Below, in pieces: positions 52,406 to 62,730 of a stretch of 64,000 nucleotides of DNA; position 1 is the first letter of the stretch; the number at the start of each line of letters is the position of its first letter. The notes under the pieces were generated by a model. That model made no database searches, had not been told where the DNA came from, and worked only from the letters and a program-made list of their open reading frames with translations. This DNA comes from an uncultured Bacilli bacterium. Its GTDB lineage: Bacteria; Bacillota_I; Bacilli_A; RF39; UBA660. The position numbers were made by a program, and so were the translations under genes. The stretch is from positions 26,765 through 90,764 of the forward strand of contig CANQFD010000002.1 in the NCBI GenBank assembly GCA_947598325.1, in the 5' to 3' direction.

Positions 52406-54052
52406 TTATATCTCACTTATAACTGTTATAATCATTGGTTTACATTCAGTTTCTAAATATAAAAATTTCCCAAGTTCATCTCTAATTCCTGTTTTTATCT
52501 TATTAAACTCCACATAATTATTACTTATATTACTATTAATAACATGAACAGATATTTCTTTTATCTTTTCTATTATATCTGTATTTTCTTTCACATATAT
52601 AAATCCTCTTGTTAAGACTTCTGGTCCCGCTAATATTTCTTTTGTTTTTCTATTTAATGTTGCACAAATTATTACAATACCGTTATCACTTAAAAGTTCC
52701 CTATCTTTTAATACAAGTTCCCCAATATCCTTTGCTTGATTTCCATCAATAAGCAATTCATCTATTTTTATTTTTTCATTTGTTTCTACTAACTTACCAT
52801 TTTCAAAAGTTACTACATTACCATTTTGTTTCAATAATATATTTTCCTTCTTCATACCAATAGAAGACGCTACATTTGCATTTTCTACTTGATTTCGATA
52901 CTCTCCAATAACAGGAAAATAATATTTAGGATTCATTAAATTTAACATAAGCATCAAATCCTCTTGAGATGCATGATTAAGAAGATGGGTCTTAGATGAT
53001 AATGTTATTACATTTGCACCCATTTTACTCAATTCATCACTTACTTTTACTGATTTTTTCTCCATACCAACCTGAACTGGTTCTAAAAAGAATATAGTAT
53101 CATTTTCATTTATTTTTATATATTTATCATATCCATTTATAATTCTTTCTAAATTCATAAATGGCTTTTCATTCTCATTAGAAATAAGTATTATTGAATC
53201 TCTATCATTTATATTATTTAAATTTCCAATTTGATCTTTATTAAATGTAACATAACCGTTATCAATAACATGATTAACTAAATTTTGAAGTTTTTTACCC
53301 ATTATTACCATTTTTCTGTGTGTTTTTGATATTTCTGTAAACAATTCTTGAAGTCTTGATATATGAGTAGTTAAAACAGTTACTATTATTCTACCTTCAT
53401 TATGTAAAAATACATCTCTAATAGTACTTGAAATTCTATTGTTAGGAACTGTATACCCAACTCTTTCTGCATATTCTGATTCACTCATTAAACATAATAC
53501 ACCTTGTTTGCCTATATATGCTAATTTACCAATATCTGTTTTATATGGACCTGTCATACTTGAATCAAATACAAAATTACCAGTATAAACAATAGCACCA
53601 TCCTGTGTATTTAAAACATACCCTACTGCATCTGGAACTGAATTAGTTAAACCTACTGGGAAAATACTATTTTTACCAAAATTTATCTTTTTATGTACTT
53701 GTATTAAATGTAACTTTTTAAATTTAATTCCTAAATCTTCAAAATCTTTATTTAAAATATCGCATGTGAATTTTGTTGCATAAATATTAATATTTGGAAG
53801 TTCCCTTACTATATCACAAACCGCACCAATATATTTTTCATGTGCATGTGTTAAAAAAATACCCTTTATATTATTTATATTTTCTTTTAAATATGTCAAA
53901 TCTGGTATTATATAATCTACTCCTAGCATCTTATCATCTGCAAATTTTAGACCAGCATCAAAAATAAATATGTCCTCATTAACATTAATTACATACATAT
54001 TTTTTCCACTCTCATTAAGTCCCCCAAGGGCAAAAATTTTTATCTTACTCAT
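52406..54052 (-). CDS. Ribonuclease J family protein (J2-like, degenerate metal-binding motif II)
   Basis: IFALGGLNESGKNMYVINV...GVDYIIPD...GIFLTHAHEKYIGA aligns with RNase J1 FITHGHEDHIGG. The synteny (next to ftsK/spoIIIE) matches B. subtilis rnjB. Confidence 0.85.
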   Translation of the reverse strand: MSKIKIFALGGLNESGKNMYVINVNEDIFIFDAGLKFADDKMLGVDYIIPDLTYLKENINNIKGIFLTHAHEKYIGAVCDIVRELPNINIYATKFTCDILNKDFEDLGIKFKKLHLIQVHKKINFGKNSIFPVGLTNSVPDAVGYVLNTQDGAIVYTGNFVFDSSMTGPYKTDIGKLAYIGKQGVLCLMSESEYAERVGYTVPNNRISSTIRDVFLHNEGRIIVTVLTTHISRLQELFTEISKTHRKMVIMGKKLQNLVNHVIDNGYVTFNKDQIGNLNNINDRDSIILISNENEKPFMNLERIINGYDKYIKINENDTIFFLEPVQVGMEKKSVKVSDELSKMGANVITLSSKTHLLNHASQEDLMLMLNLMNPKYYFPVIGEYRNQVENANVASSIGMKKENILLKQNGNVVTFENGKLVETNEKIKIDELLIDGNQAKDIGELVLKDRELLSDNGIVIICATLNRKTKEILAGPEVLTRGFIYVKENTDIIEKIKEISVHVINSNISNNYVEFNKIKTGIRDELGKFLYLETECKPMIITVISEI

Positions 54053-54172
54053 TATTTAATCTCCTTTCATAAATTAATAAAGAAATCCATTAATATTAAT
54101 TATAACAAAAAAAGACAAATATTTAAAGCATTTGTCTTTTTTTATAAATAAAATTATATAATATATTTCTAA

Positions 54173-55021
54173 TTACTTACATTTATTACTCTCATTTAAT
54201 AATTCATCTAAAGATACAATATTGTATCCTTTTGATAATATATAATTAATTGAAACTTTAATATCATTTATTTTATCCGTATTAAATGCAATAATACTTC
54301 CATTAGATAACTTTTTTCTAACATTTGTCAAAATATTATCTGTTATAAACTCTGATTTTATTGTTCTCATATTATAATTTGTACATACATTTAATACGTT
54401 CTCATCTCTTTTATTTACTAAACAATAGGTTGATTCATTATTACTGTTTACATCAATTAAATTATTATCATATATTATATATTTTTCATTATAAACACCA
54501 TTATCACCATAATAATAAATATTATGTAATTTTGATATTTTTTTTACTTCCACTGAATTTTTTTCCAAAAATTGTTTACTAACAAAAAAATTAGACTTTA
54601 TTTTACCTGAATTAAGATATTCAACTAAATTATTATTTAAATTATTATTTATAACAAATATTATACTAATATTCTTTATCTTTTTGTTACCACCTACAAT
54701 ATATTTATTACCTATATTTTTGTCATTATTTACCTCATTCATAACAAGCAAATTTTCATTATATTCTCCAGTTCCCTTCATTTTTGTATAACTTTTTTCA
54801 ACATCAATTACACATCCATTTACTCCTGCAATATATTCATCATCATTTATTATAGGTTTTACACTAGAGACCTCGAAATCATCTTTAACTTGATTAATTT
54901 TAATCATTATTGGGTCACTATTTCTCGCTATTTTAGTAACCTTCTCTGTATAAAAGAAACTAAATCCTGCCAAAACTACTACTCCTGTTATCTGAATAAA
55001 TTTCTTTAACATACTCTTCAC
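54173..55021 (-). CDS. Membrane-anchored hypothetical protein. Possibly a divergent polysaccharide-deacetylase-like protein, but the function is uncertain
   Basis: N-terminal TM. The C-terminal ...GSIIAFNTDKINDIKVSINYILSKGYNIVSLDELL resembles the C-terminus of the deacetylase family. No catalytic motifs could be confirmed. Confidence 0.45.
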   Translation of the reverse strand: MKSMLKKFIQITGVVVLAGFSFFYTEKVTKIARNSDPIMIKINQVKDDFEVSSVKPIINDDEYIAGVNGCVIDVEKSYTKMKGTGEYNENLLVMNEVNNDKNIGNKYIVGGNKKIKNISIIFVINNNLNNNLVEYLNSGKIKSNFFVSKQFLEKNSVEVKKISKLHNIYYYGDNGVYNEKYIIYDNNLIDVNSNNESTYCLVNKRDENVLNVCTNYNMRTIKSEFITDNILTNVRKKLSNGSIIAFNTDKINDIKVSINYILSKGYNIVSLDELLNESNKCK

Positions 55022-55066
55022 CTAAATAATTATATGAAAAAAAAAAGAAATCATTACTGACTAAGT

Positions 55067-56782
55067 TTAACCTTTAATATTATATGCTGACATTATTTTG
55101 TTATGAATTCCTGGTTCAACATAATCTATAGCATTCATAGTAATTTCTAAAGCCTTTTTATAAGACCCTTGATAAAATAACTTTTCAGCCAAATTTAAAC
55201 CCTCATTAACTTTTTCTTTTTCTCCTCTATATCTATTGCCATATACAATAGTTTCTTCAAGCATAACTATTGTTCGTAGTAAATTGTTCGTAGTATTAAA
55301 TACCTTAAATACTAAGTCTCTAGCAGTATCTACTCTTATGTTTAATGTATCAATATTTATAGGTTTTTTGTTTAACTCTTTTTGAATTTCTTTGATCGCA
55401 TCACTAGCATCTTGAAGTTCTACAAAATAATTATCTGGTATAACAGGAATATTATATAGTCTAATTCTATTTCTTGCTTTTTTTAATATATCCTTTATAT
55501 TTTCTAATTGCTCTCTTGCTCTTAATTCATCATCTTTCATACTACCAATATTTTTAAGATCATAATTTAATGTTTCATCAAGTTTTGATACTTTTATGAT
55601 TAAAATATCTAATTCTCTTACCATCTTAGAATATGGAAAAGAATGATTTTTATTACAATCCATCAAGTTATTATAGTCTTTTTTAATATTATCAATTTCT
55701 TTATTAATTACATTTAACCTTTTAATATCATCATCAGATAGATTATATGTAGATTTTAAATCATTTAATTCATTCATAAGTCCACTTATTGCTTTATCTG
55801 TTCTAACTAATTTTGCTTTCAAAGACTTTATATTAGATTCAAATGTTCTTTTTGCTATTTTCTCTATTTCAAAATCATTAAATAAAGAATCAAAATAATT
55901 AATAATTGTTTTTAATTCAAAAACAACATCCTCTAAGTTTAAAACCTTTACCCTATCTAGTATATCTTTTATTTTTTTATTAGTTTCATTTATATTATAT
56001 TCAACATTAAGATAATCAAGTTGATATTGTTCTCTAGTCATTTTTATGTATACTTGTGATACCTCTTCAATTTTTCCTGGAATTAATTCTTTACACATAA
56101 TTAATATTGCTGGTACTTCTTTTATTACATATTTCATATGATCAATCATATCACTAATACCTTTTACTAGATAATTAATTTCGTCATAATCTTTTTTTTC
56201 CATAACGATTTCAAACTCTTGAAATCTTTTTTCTATATTTTCAAACTGAAGTTCTATTTGATTCTTCACTAATTGATATTCTGTTTTATTTTTTTCGAAA
56301 TCAGATTTAATTTTTCTATAATCTGTTTTTAAATTAACAATTTGATTTCTATTCTTTTCTTCGCTCAAAGTAATTTCTTTAATCTCATTTAACAAATTAT
56401 TTGTCTTTTCTCTCAACTTATATATTTTTAACTCAACATCAGCAAGTAATACCCTAAGTGATTTATAATCTTTAAGATCAGCATAATTATCACAATCAAG
56501 TAACATATCTGTTATTTCAGGTATATATATATTTCTTATATCATCAAATTTTCTTTGCCAGTTATCATATTTAACTTTTAATTTATCATCTCTAACAAGT
56601 GCTTCAACTTTAGACAATTCATTTAATATTGGAGCGCCTAAAATCAAATTTTTTTCTTTTTCAAGCTCATCTATTATTGATTTGATTTTTTTGTTTTGTT
56701 TTGTATTCTTTACAAAAAGAATTGATATTAAAATAATTGCGGTAATTATATAAATTGTTACTATTAATAATTTTGCACTCAT
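55067..56782 (-). CDS. ezrA: Septation ring formation regulator EzrA
   Basis: N-terminal TM followed by a ~540-aa spectrin-like coiled coil. Position next to rpsD/tyrS matches Bacillus. Start at the ATG at 56782, 9 nt after GAGGTG. Confidence 0.8.
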   Translation of the reverse strand: MSAKLLIVTIYIITAIILISILFVKNTKQNKKIKSIIDELEKEKNLILGAPILNELSKVEALVRDDKLKVKYDNWQRKFDDIRNIYIPEITDMLLDCDNYADLKDYKSLRVLLADVELKIYKLREKTNNLLNEIKEITLSEEKNRNQIVNLKTDYRKIKSDFEKNKTEYQLVKNQIELQFENIEKRFQEFEIVMEKKDYDEINYLVKGISDMIDHMKYVIKEVPAILIMCKELIPGKIEEVSQVYIKMTREQYQLDYLNVEYNINETNKKIKDILDRVKVLNLEDVVFELKTIINYFDSLFNDFEIEKIAKRTFESNIKSLKAKLVRTDKAISGLMNELNDLKSTYNLSDDDIKRLNVINKEIDNIKKDYNNLMDCNKNHSFPYSKMVRELDILIIKVSKLDETLNYDLKNIGSMKDDELRAREQLENIKDILKKARNRIRLYNIPVIPDNYFVELQDASDAIKEIQKELNKKPINIDTLNIRVDTARDLVFKVFNTTNNLLRTIVMLEETIVYGNRYRGEKEKVNEGLNLAEKLFYQGSYKKALEITMNAIDYVEPGIHNKIMSAYNIKG

Positions 56783-56882
56783 AAAACAAATCACCTCTAT
56801 TATAAATATTATTTTAACACAAAATATTACAATTTTATACCTATTTCTATATTTTTCATTAAAAATTTTAAATAAAAGAGAT

Positions 56883-56910
56883 TTGACTAATTAATATTTT
56901 ATGTTATAAT
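56883..56910 (+). promoter_or_regulatory. rpsD promoter (extended -10) followed by a ~170-nt leader
   Basis: TTGACT (56883-56888), a 16-nt spacer, then TGtTATAAT (-10 at 56905-56910). A long untranslated leader runs to the ATG at 57089. Confidence 0.65.
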
Positions 56911-57088
56911 TATTACTGCAAACATTTTGTAGCACCTTTTGATATATATAATGTGTTATTTAGCGATAAGCATTATTAGTATTATGCCCTTTTAAAGCTA
57001 CGCATAAGAAAGTATTAAAAATTAACACCCTATATATTGGCGAAAGGATACTTAAGGTTTGATAATCTTATGAGAGGAGGAAAGGAAA

Positions 57089-57691
57089 ATGTCTAGATAT
57101 ACTGGTCCAGCCTATAAAAAGAGTCGTAGAGTTTCATTTTCTACACTAGAAAATGGAAAAGATTTAGCAAAAAGACCTTATAAACCAGGTGTTCATGGTC
57201 AAGATAGAAAAGGTAAAGCATCAAACTATTCTATCCAATTAAATGAAAAACAAAAGGTTAAATTTACATATGGATTAAACGAAAAACAATTTAGAACATT
57301 ATTTAATAAGGCAGAGAAGATGCAAGGTATTCATGGTGAAAACTTTTTAAAACTTCTTGAAAGTAGACTTGATAATATAGTTTACCGTATGGGAATTGCA
57401 AGAACAAGAAGAGGCGCAAGACAAATAGTTAACCATGGTCATATTTTAGTTAATGGTAAAAAAGTTGATATTCCATCATATTCCGTTAAACCAGGTGACG
57501 TAATTAGCATTAAAGAAAGTTCAAAAGAACATAAGGCTATGAAAGAATCACTTGAAGCTGTTAACAATAGACCAGAATATGTTTCATTTGACGATAAGAA
57601 ACTTGAAGGAACTTATATTAGATTACCTGAAAGAAGTGAATTAAGTAGCGACATCAATGAAGCATTAATAGTTGAATTTTATAGTAGATAA
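57089..57691 (+). CDS. rpsD: 30S ribosomal protein S4
   Basis: [18 protein letters not shown]...[42 protein letters not shown]. Confidence 0.97.
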   Translation: MSRYTGPAYKKSRRVSFSTLENGKDLAKRPYKPGVHGQDRKGKASNYSIQLNEKQKVKFTYGLNEKQFRTLFNKAEKMQGIHGENFLKLLESRLDNIVYRMGIARTRRGARQIVNHGHILVNGKKVDIPSYSVKPGDVISIKESSKEHKAMKESLEAVNNRPEYVSFDDKKLEGTYIRLPERSELSSDINEALIVEFYSR

Positions 57692-57718
57692 AAAAAACGA
57701 TTTCAAAATCGTTTTTTA
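57692..57718. terminator. Bidirectional terminator between rpsD and the convergent membrane-protein gene
   Basis: AAAAAAACGATTT-CA-AAATCGTTTTTT palindrome flanked by A- and T-runs. Confidence 0.75.
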
Positions 57719-58084
57719 TTTTGTCTTTTTATTTAATAAACTGATAAATAATGAAACAATAACTATATTAGAAATTAATATTAAAATATTGTCTACATTA
57801 GTTTTATTCATATTTTCTGTTTTCTTTTTTTCACTTATATAACTTGCATAACAATTATCTTTAATTAAATCCTGATCTACTTCCTCTACTGGTATTTTAT
57901 CTAAATCACAGACCATTTTAGAATAATCACTATAAGATACTACCTCGTCCTTATTTATTATTTTAATACCTATGCCAAAAGTTATAACAATGGAAATTAT
58001 AAGCCAAATTATTAATATTGAATTTACTATTTTTAGAAATATATCTTTTTCACTTGAAAATAATTTCATTTTATTCCTCCTCAA
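57716..58084 (-). CDS. Small membrane protein
   Basis: Two hydrophobic helices. Overlaps the tyrS stop by 14 nt. Confidence 0.5.
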   Translation of the reverse strand: MRRNKMKLFSSEKDIFLKIVNSILIIWLIISIVITFGIGIKIINKDEVVSYSDYSKMVCDLDKIPVEEVDQDLIKDNCYASYISEKKKTENMNKTNVDNILILISNIVIVSLFISLLNKKTK

Positions 58085-59303
58085 ATATAACTAAGTAGTA
58101 TTTTTTCTTACCACGTCTTACTACTATATATTTATTATATAACATACTTTCTTTATTTACAAGCATATCTAAATCATTTATTTTCTTACCATTTATACTT
58201 ATGGAACCGTTAGTTATAAATTCTCTTGCTTCTCTTTTACTAGATAATATTTTAGTATTAACAAGCATATCAACTATATTCATTTCTTCATTAATAGTAG
58301 ATGTTGTAATTCCATTCATTGCAGATACTAATTCATCTTCTGTTAAATCATTTATATTTCCACTAAATAATGCATCTGTTATTTTTAAAGCTGATTTCAA
58401 ACCATCTTCTCCATGTAAAAACTTTACTATTTCTTCTGCTAATTTCTTTTGAGCAATTCTTAAATGAGGAGCTTCATTATGTTTCTTTTCTATTTCTTCA
58501 ATTTGTTGTTTTGTTAATAATGTTAATTGTTTTAAATAATCTATAACCTTATCATCATCTGAATTTAATAAATATTGATATATTTCATATGATGAAGTCT
58601 TATTTTTATCAAGCCATAATGCTCCGCCTTCACTTTTACCAAATTTAGTACCATCCTTTTTAGTAACAAGTGGCATAGTAAATGCATATACATCTTCTCC
58701 GTATTTTCTTCTAACAAGTTCAACACCAGATGTTATATTTCCCCACTGATCTTGACCTGCCACTTGCATAATACATCCTCTTTCTTTGTATAGATGTTCA
58801 AAATCAAGAGATTGAATTATCATATAAGAAAACTCTGTATAAGTAATTCCTTCATCTAGTCTTCTTTTTATTATATCTTTAGAAAGCATATAACTAACGT
58901 TAAAATATTTCCCATAATCTCTTAAAAAATCTATAAAATTAATATCTTTGCACCAATCATAGTTATTTACTACCTCATATCCAAATATATCTTTAATCTG
59001 TTTTTTTAAGCACTCAAAATTATGTAATACTTCTTCTTTTGTTATCATAGGTCTTTCAGTTGTAGGTCTTGGATCTCCTATTAAACCAGTAGCGCCACCA
59101 ACCAATATTATTGGATGATGCCCTGCCATTTCTAATCTCTTAGCCATTAATAAAGACGAATAATGTCCAATATGCATGGAATCAGCAGTTGGATCTGTTC
59201 CCCAATAAAATGTCATACCACCATTATTTAATTTTTCTTCTAAATCTGGACTTGTTATATCCTTAATAAGTCCTCTCCATTTTAAATCATCATATAGTTT
59301 CAT
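58071..59303 (-). CDS. tyrS: Tyrosyl-tRNA synthetase
   Basis: HIGH motif (MHIGHY), KMSKS-type KFGKS, and a C-terminal S4-like domain. Confidence 0.97.
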   Translation of the reverse strand: MKLYDDLKWRGLIKDITSPDLEEKLNNGGMTFYWGTDPTADSMHIGHYSSLLMAKRLEMAGHHPIILVGGATGLIGDPRPTTERPMITKEEVLHNFECLKKQIKDIFGYEVVNNYDWCKDINFIDFLRDYGKYFNVSYMLSKDIIKRRLDEGITYTEFSYMIIQSLDFEHLYKERGCIMQVAGQDQWGNITSGVELVRRKYGEDVYAFTMPLVTKKDGTKFGKSEGGALWLDKNKTSSYEIYQYLLNSDDDKVIDYLKQLTLLTKQQIEEIEKKHNEAPHLRIAQKKLAEEIVKFLHGEDGLKSALKITDALFSGNINDLTEDELVSAMNGITTSTINEEMNIVDMLVNTKILSSKREAREFITNGSISINGKKINDLDMLVNKESMLYNKYIVVRRGKKKYYLVIFEEE

Positions 59304-59309
59304 TTTATT

Positions 59310-59505
59310 CCTCCTAATAAAAAAACTATGAATATAAGGACGAATATTCCCGCGGTACCACCTTATTTCATAGATTGCTATGCACTTTGATTCATAACGC
59401 TGAATTAGCGAGTCAATTCAAAATATTGTAATTCATTAATAAATTGCTTAAGTTTTCACTAACCACTTAAGTCTCTAATTTTCAAACTTTATTAACTACT
59501 AATAT
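59310..59505 (-). promoter_or_regulatory. T-box leader (tyrosine specifier) upstream of tyrS
   Basis: The minus strand has AGAGA (59472-59476), specifier-loop GAAT-UAC-A with UAC at 59428-59430, and the conserved T-box AGGTGGTACCGCGGG at 59349-59363. Confidence 0.85.
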
Positions 59506-59570
59506 ATTTATCAATATCAACTTGTATATATTATATAACAATATTTTACTTTAGTAAAGTAAAAAGAAGA

Positions 59571-59969
59571 TTATTCATCTTCTAATTTAGCAAGTACTTC
59601 TCTACATACATTAGCTGCTTGTTTTTTTACTTCTTTAGCAGCCTTTTCAAGAACTGGTGTACCTTTTTCTTTTGCATATTCAACTAATTCTTCAGTTTTC
59701 TTTTTTAATTCTTTTACTTTTTTATCAGCTATTTTTTTAACCTTTTCCTTATCTAATTCCTCTATTTCAACTTTTATTTCTTCGATTTTCTTTTCTAAGT
59801 TTTCTTTTACTTCTTCTTTATCAACTTCTTTAGCCTTATTGATAAGATCATTTGTTCTGTTTTTTAAATCCTTTCTCAATTCTTCACCTTTTTTTGGTGC
59901 GAATAACAATGCAAGACCTGCACCTATACTAGCTCCCAATAATAATTTTCCAGTTCCTTTCTTACTCAT
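59571..59969 (-). CDS. YtxH-like general stress protein
   Basis: MSKKGTGKLLLGASIGAGLALLFAPKKGEELRKDL... Start at the ATG at 59969, 6 nt after GAGGAGG. Confidence 0.7.
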   Translation of the reverse strand: MSKKGTGKLLLGASIGAGLALLFAPKKGEELRKDLKNRTNDLINKAKEVDKEEVKENLEKKIEEIKVEIEELDKEKVKKIADKKVKELKKKTEELVEYAKEKGTPVLEKAAKEVKKQAANVCREVLAKLEDE

Positions 59970-60255
59970 CTTTATCCTCCTCAACTTTCTTTTCATTTTT
60001 TTTAAATATTTTATTAATAAAATAGATTATCTTATCTATTGCTCTATCACTTAATACTACTATTTTATCAGTGATTCCATCAATTACTTGAAAAAAACCA
60101 TTAAGAGATTGAATTTTATCATCAACATCTTCAGCTATTTTTTGAACTTTATTCATTGCATTAATAAATTTTACTGCTATAACTATAAGCAAGATAATTA
60201 ATATTATTAATAATATATATATTATTATAGGCAAAAAATCATTTAAATATTCCAT
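59962..60255 (-). CDS. DUF948-like membrane protein (YtxG-type)
   Basis: N-terminal TM followed by a helical region (VKFINAMNKVQKIAEDVDDKIQSLNGFF). Paired with the YtxH-like gene. Confidence 0.6.
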   Translation of the reverse strand: MEYLNDFLPIIIYILLIILIILLIVIAVKFINAMNKVQKIAEDVDDKIQSLNGFFQVIDGITDKIVVLSDRAIDKIIYFINKIFKKNEKKVEEDKDE

Positions 60256-60256
60256 A

Positions 60257-61066
60257 TTAGTCCTCCTCTTCTTCCTCTGAGCTATACATATTATCTATTA
60301 AATTAAATAAATCCTGCTCATTAGAATCGGATAATATTTTATCTTCGTCATCTTCCTCTTTTACCTTATTTCTTTCCTTACTTTTACTTCTAATTATCTT
60401 AGGAACATCGACTTCTAAATCATCATCACTATCATTACTATCAAAATCTACATCATTATAAGTTATTTTTACATCAATATCATCTAAATCATTAGACTGT
60501 TTTTCATCCGTAAGATTAAAGAATAAGCCTTTATCTTCCTCTGCCTCAATTTTAGTCTTACCATATGCTTTTTCTCTTACTGTATCATAGTCTATTTTCT
60601 TTACTGGTTCCTTACTTACTGTACTTCCACTTTTTGCTTTATCTATTTTATTTTCTAAAATACCATATACAGGCGATATAATAGGTGTTGGTTTAAACTT
60701 TTTCTCTTGCTGTCTTGACGTATACATAGGGCTTGTCTGCCCTCTTGATGTGGTATTTGATGATTGATATCTTGTCTTTGGTTTATTCTCACTATTCTTA
60801 ACCTCAAAAGTGTTATTCAATCTATTTTCCCTACTAACAGGCATAAAATCAGGTTCATCTTCCATATCTATTGGAAAGTTAAAAGTTCTCTCTGATTTAA
60901 ATAACTCTCTTTCACTAATATCACTGTCAGTTTTGTCTTCCTCAATTTCTTTTTCTAATTTTATCTTTGGTTTAACATTTTCTCTTTTTTTAGGAACAAC
61001 AATTTCTTCTTCTTCGATTTCTTCTTCATCATAGAAAAAATCCTTTAGTTTATTGATAAATCCCAT
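60257..61066 (-). CDS. Acidic, low-complexity protein with an N-terminal amphipathic helix
   Basis: MGFINKLKDFFYDEEEIEEEE..., then a central KFKPTPIISPVYGIL and acidic termini. No folded domain recognised. Confidence 0.55.
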   Translation of the reverse strand: MGFINKLKDFFYDEEEIEEEEIVVPKKRENVKPKIKLEKEIEEDKTDSDISERELFKSERTFNFPIDMEDEPDFMPVSRENRLNNTFEVKNSENKPKTRYQSSNTTSRGQTSPMYTSRQQEKKFKPTPIISPVYGILENKIDKAKSGSTVSKEPVKKIDYDTVREKAYGKTKIEAEEDKGLFFNLTDEKQSNDLDDIDVKITYNDVDFDSNDSDDDLEVDVPKIIRSKSKERNKVKEEDDEDKILSDSNEQDLFNLIDNMYSSEEEEED

Positions 61067-61077
61067 GTATACTCCTC

Positions 61078-61755
61078 CTATTTGTCAGAATCTTGATCAA
61101 CTTCCTCTTTTTCTATAAGGCTTTCTATATCGCCATCATATGAATCATATTCATTTATATAATCTAAAAAATTACCAGTTGATTTTTTCTTTGACTTAAA
61201 TATATTGTATGTTTCATTTTCACTTAAATCATATTTTTCATTTTCAAGAATAGTTTTTATAATTTTATCATTATATTTTATACTCGATAAAATATAACAC
61301 ATATTACTAACTGCGTCAACTAGATTATCACTATTAACTAATGCTTCCATTTTAGCATAATTTAACATAATTTCTACATAATAACCTTCATTAGACTTAT
61401 TTATTTCTATATAACCATTTTTCTTATTATAAGTTATTTTTTTCGATAAATAAGCATCTTTATCTACCTTATATGAATTTTTAGCTTTATAGTAATAACT
61501 AACTATGTCTGCATATAAATAATAAGTTGATCCATTTGAATATAATTCTTGATTAAAATCATTTACATTTTTTACACTAACTCCATTAGGTAAATAATAC
61601 TTATATCCAATCGCATCTTTATTACAATATTTTACTTCTTTATCAAGTATTACATCCATATTCTTAATTATATCTTTATCACTAATACTTTGAATAGAAC
61701 ATCCAGTAAATAATAATAGTGTAAAAAAAACTGTACAAATCTTTTTTATGCTCAT
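61078..61755 (-). CDS. Lipoprotein of unknown function
   Basis: Signal peptide with lipobox LLFTGC. Confidence 0.65.
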   Translation of the reverse strand: MSIKKICTVFFTLLLFTGCSIQSISDKDIIKNMDVILDKEVKYCNKDAIGYKYYLPNGVSVKNVNDFNQELYSNGSTYYLYADIVSYYYKAKNSYKVDKDAYLSKKITYNKKNGYIEINKSNEGYYVEIMLNYAKMEALVNSDNLVDAVSNMCYILSSIKYNDKIIKTILENEKYDLSENETYNIFKSKKKSTGNFLDYINEYDSYDGDIESLIEKEEVDQDSDK

Positions 61756-61858
61756 ATTACACCTACTCTTATCATAGTATATTATAACAAAAAAAAATAT
61801 AATAATAAAGTTATTTTTTAAAATACCATAAAATAAATGTAAAAAAATTAAGTTTTTC

Positions 61859-62632
61859 TTAATTTTTCATTTTTGTAATACCATGTTCTATTTTTAATTT
61901 ATCTGCTACCGTAACAATAAATTCACTATTAGTTGGCTTTGCTTTATCATAATCTACACTATGTCCAAATATTTCCTCCATAAGGTCAATATTACCTCTA
62001 TTCCAACTAACCTCAATTGCATGTCTTATTGCTCTTTCTACTCTAGATACCGTAGTGTCAAACTTACTAGCTATTTCTGGATATAATTCTTTAGTTATTC
62101 CTCCAATAATTTCTGGATTATCATATAAAATTAATATCCCTTCTCTTATATATTGATAACCTTTAATATGTGATGGTACTCCAAGTTCATGTAATAATTT
62201 AGTAACTGATATTTTTAAATCTTGATCATAAACACTTTCAGTCTTCTTAACCTTTATTTGATTTGTTGCTTCTAAAACTCTTTGTTCTAGATCTTTTAAA
62301 TCAAAAGGTTTAAGTAAAAAATATTTTATATTATAACTAGCAACCCTTCTTACCATTTCATCAGCATTAAAAGAAGTTACAACTATTATATTCATATTTA
62401 TTTTATTTTCTTTTAGCTTATCTAAAAAATAGATTCCATCCTTATTAGGCATTATTAAATCTAATAAAACTAAATCAATTTCGTCCCTATGTTTATTTAC
62501 AATATCAAATCCTTCTTTACCATCATGTGCTTCATATAGTATTTCTAATTTATCACTACTATTTGCGTACTCTCTTACCATATGAATTAAACTAACATTG
62601 TCATCTACTACTAATATTTTTTGTTTAGCCAT
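61859..62632 (-). CDS. spo0A: Sporulation master regulator Spo0A
   Basis: Receiver domain (ILVVDDN...DLVLLDLIMP) plus the Spo0A-specific C-terminal DNA-binding domain (HIKGYQYIREGILI...TTVSRVERAIRHAIEVSWNRG). Confidence 0.97.
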   Translation of the reverse strand: MAKQKILVVDDNVSLIHMVREYANSSDKLEILYEAHDGKEGFDIVNKHRDEIDLVLLDLIMPNKDGIYFLDKLKENKINMNIIVVTSFNADEMVRRVASYNIKYFLLKPFDLKDLEQRVLEATNQIKVKKTESVYDQDLKISVTKLLHELGVPSHIKGYQYIREGILILYDNPEIIGGITKELYPEIASKFDTTVSRVERAIRHAIEVSWNRGNIDLMEEIFGHSVDYDKAKPTNSEFIVTVADKLKIEHGITKMKN

Positions 62633-62713
62633 ATTTATCCCTCTTCCTATTTTTCACCATTACATTATACAACAAAATATACACATAATACTAGAGAATA
62701 ATTTAGCTACTTT

Positions 62714-62730
62714 TGTCGAATAATGTCGAA
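62714..62730 (+). promoter_or_regulatory. Two tandem perfect 0A boxes upstream of spo0A
   Basis: TGTCGAA at 62714-62720 and 62724-62730 (10-bp register), 82-98 nt upstream of the spo0A start codon. Confidence 0.7.

Noticed and set aside
60257-61066. Calling this gene sepF
   Set aside because: Only the N-terminal amphipathic helix resembles SepF. The conserved C-terminal SepF (DUF552) domain is not recognisable.
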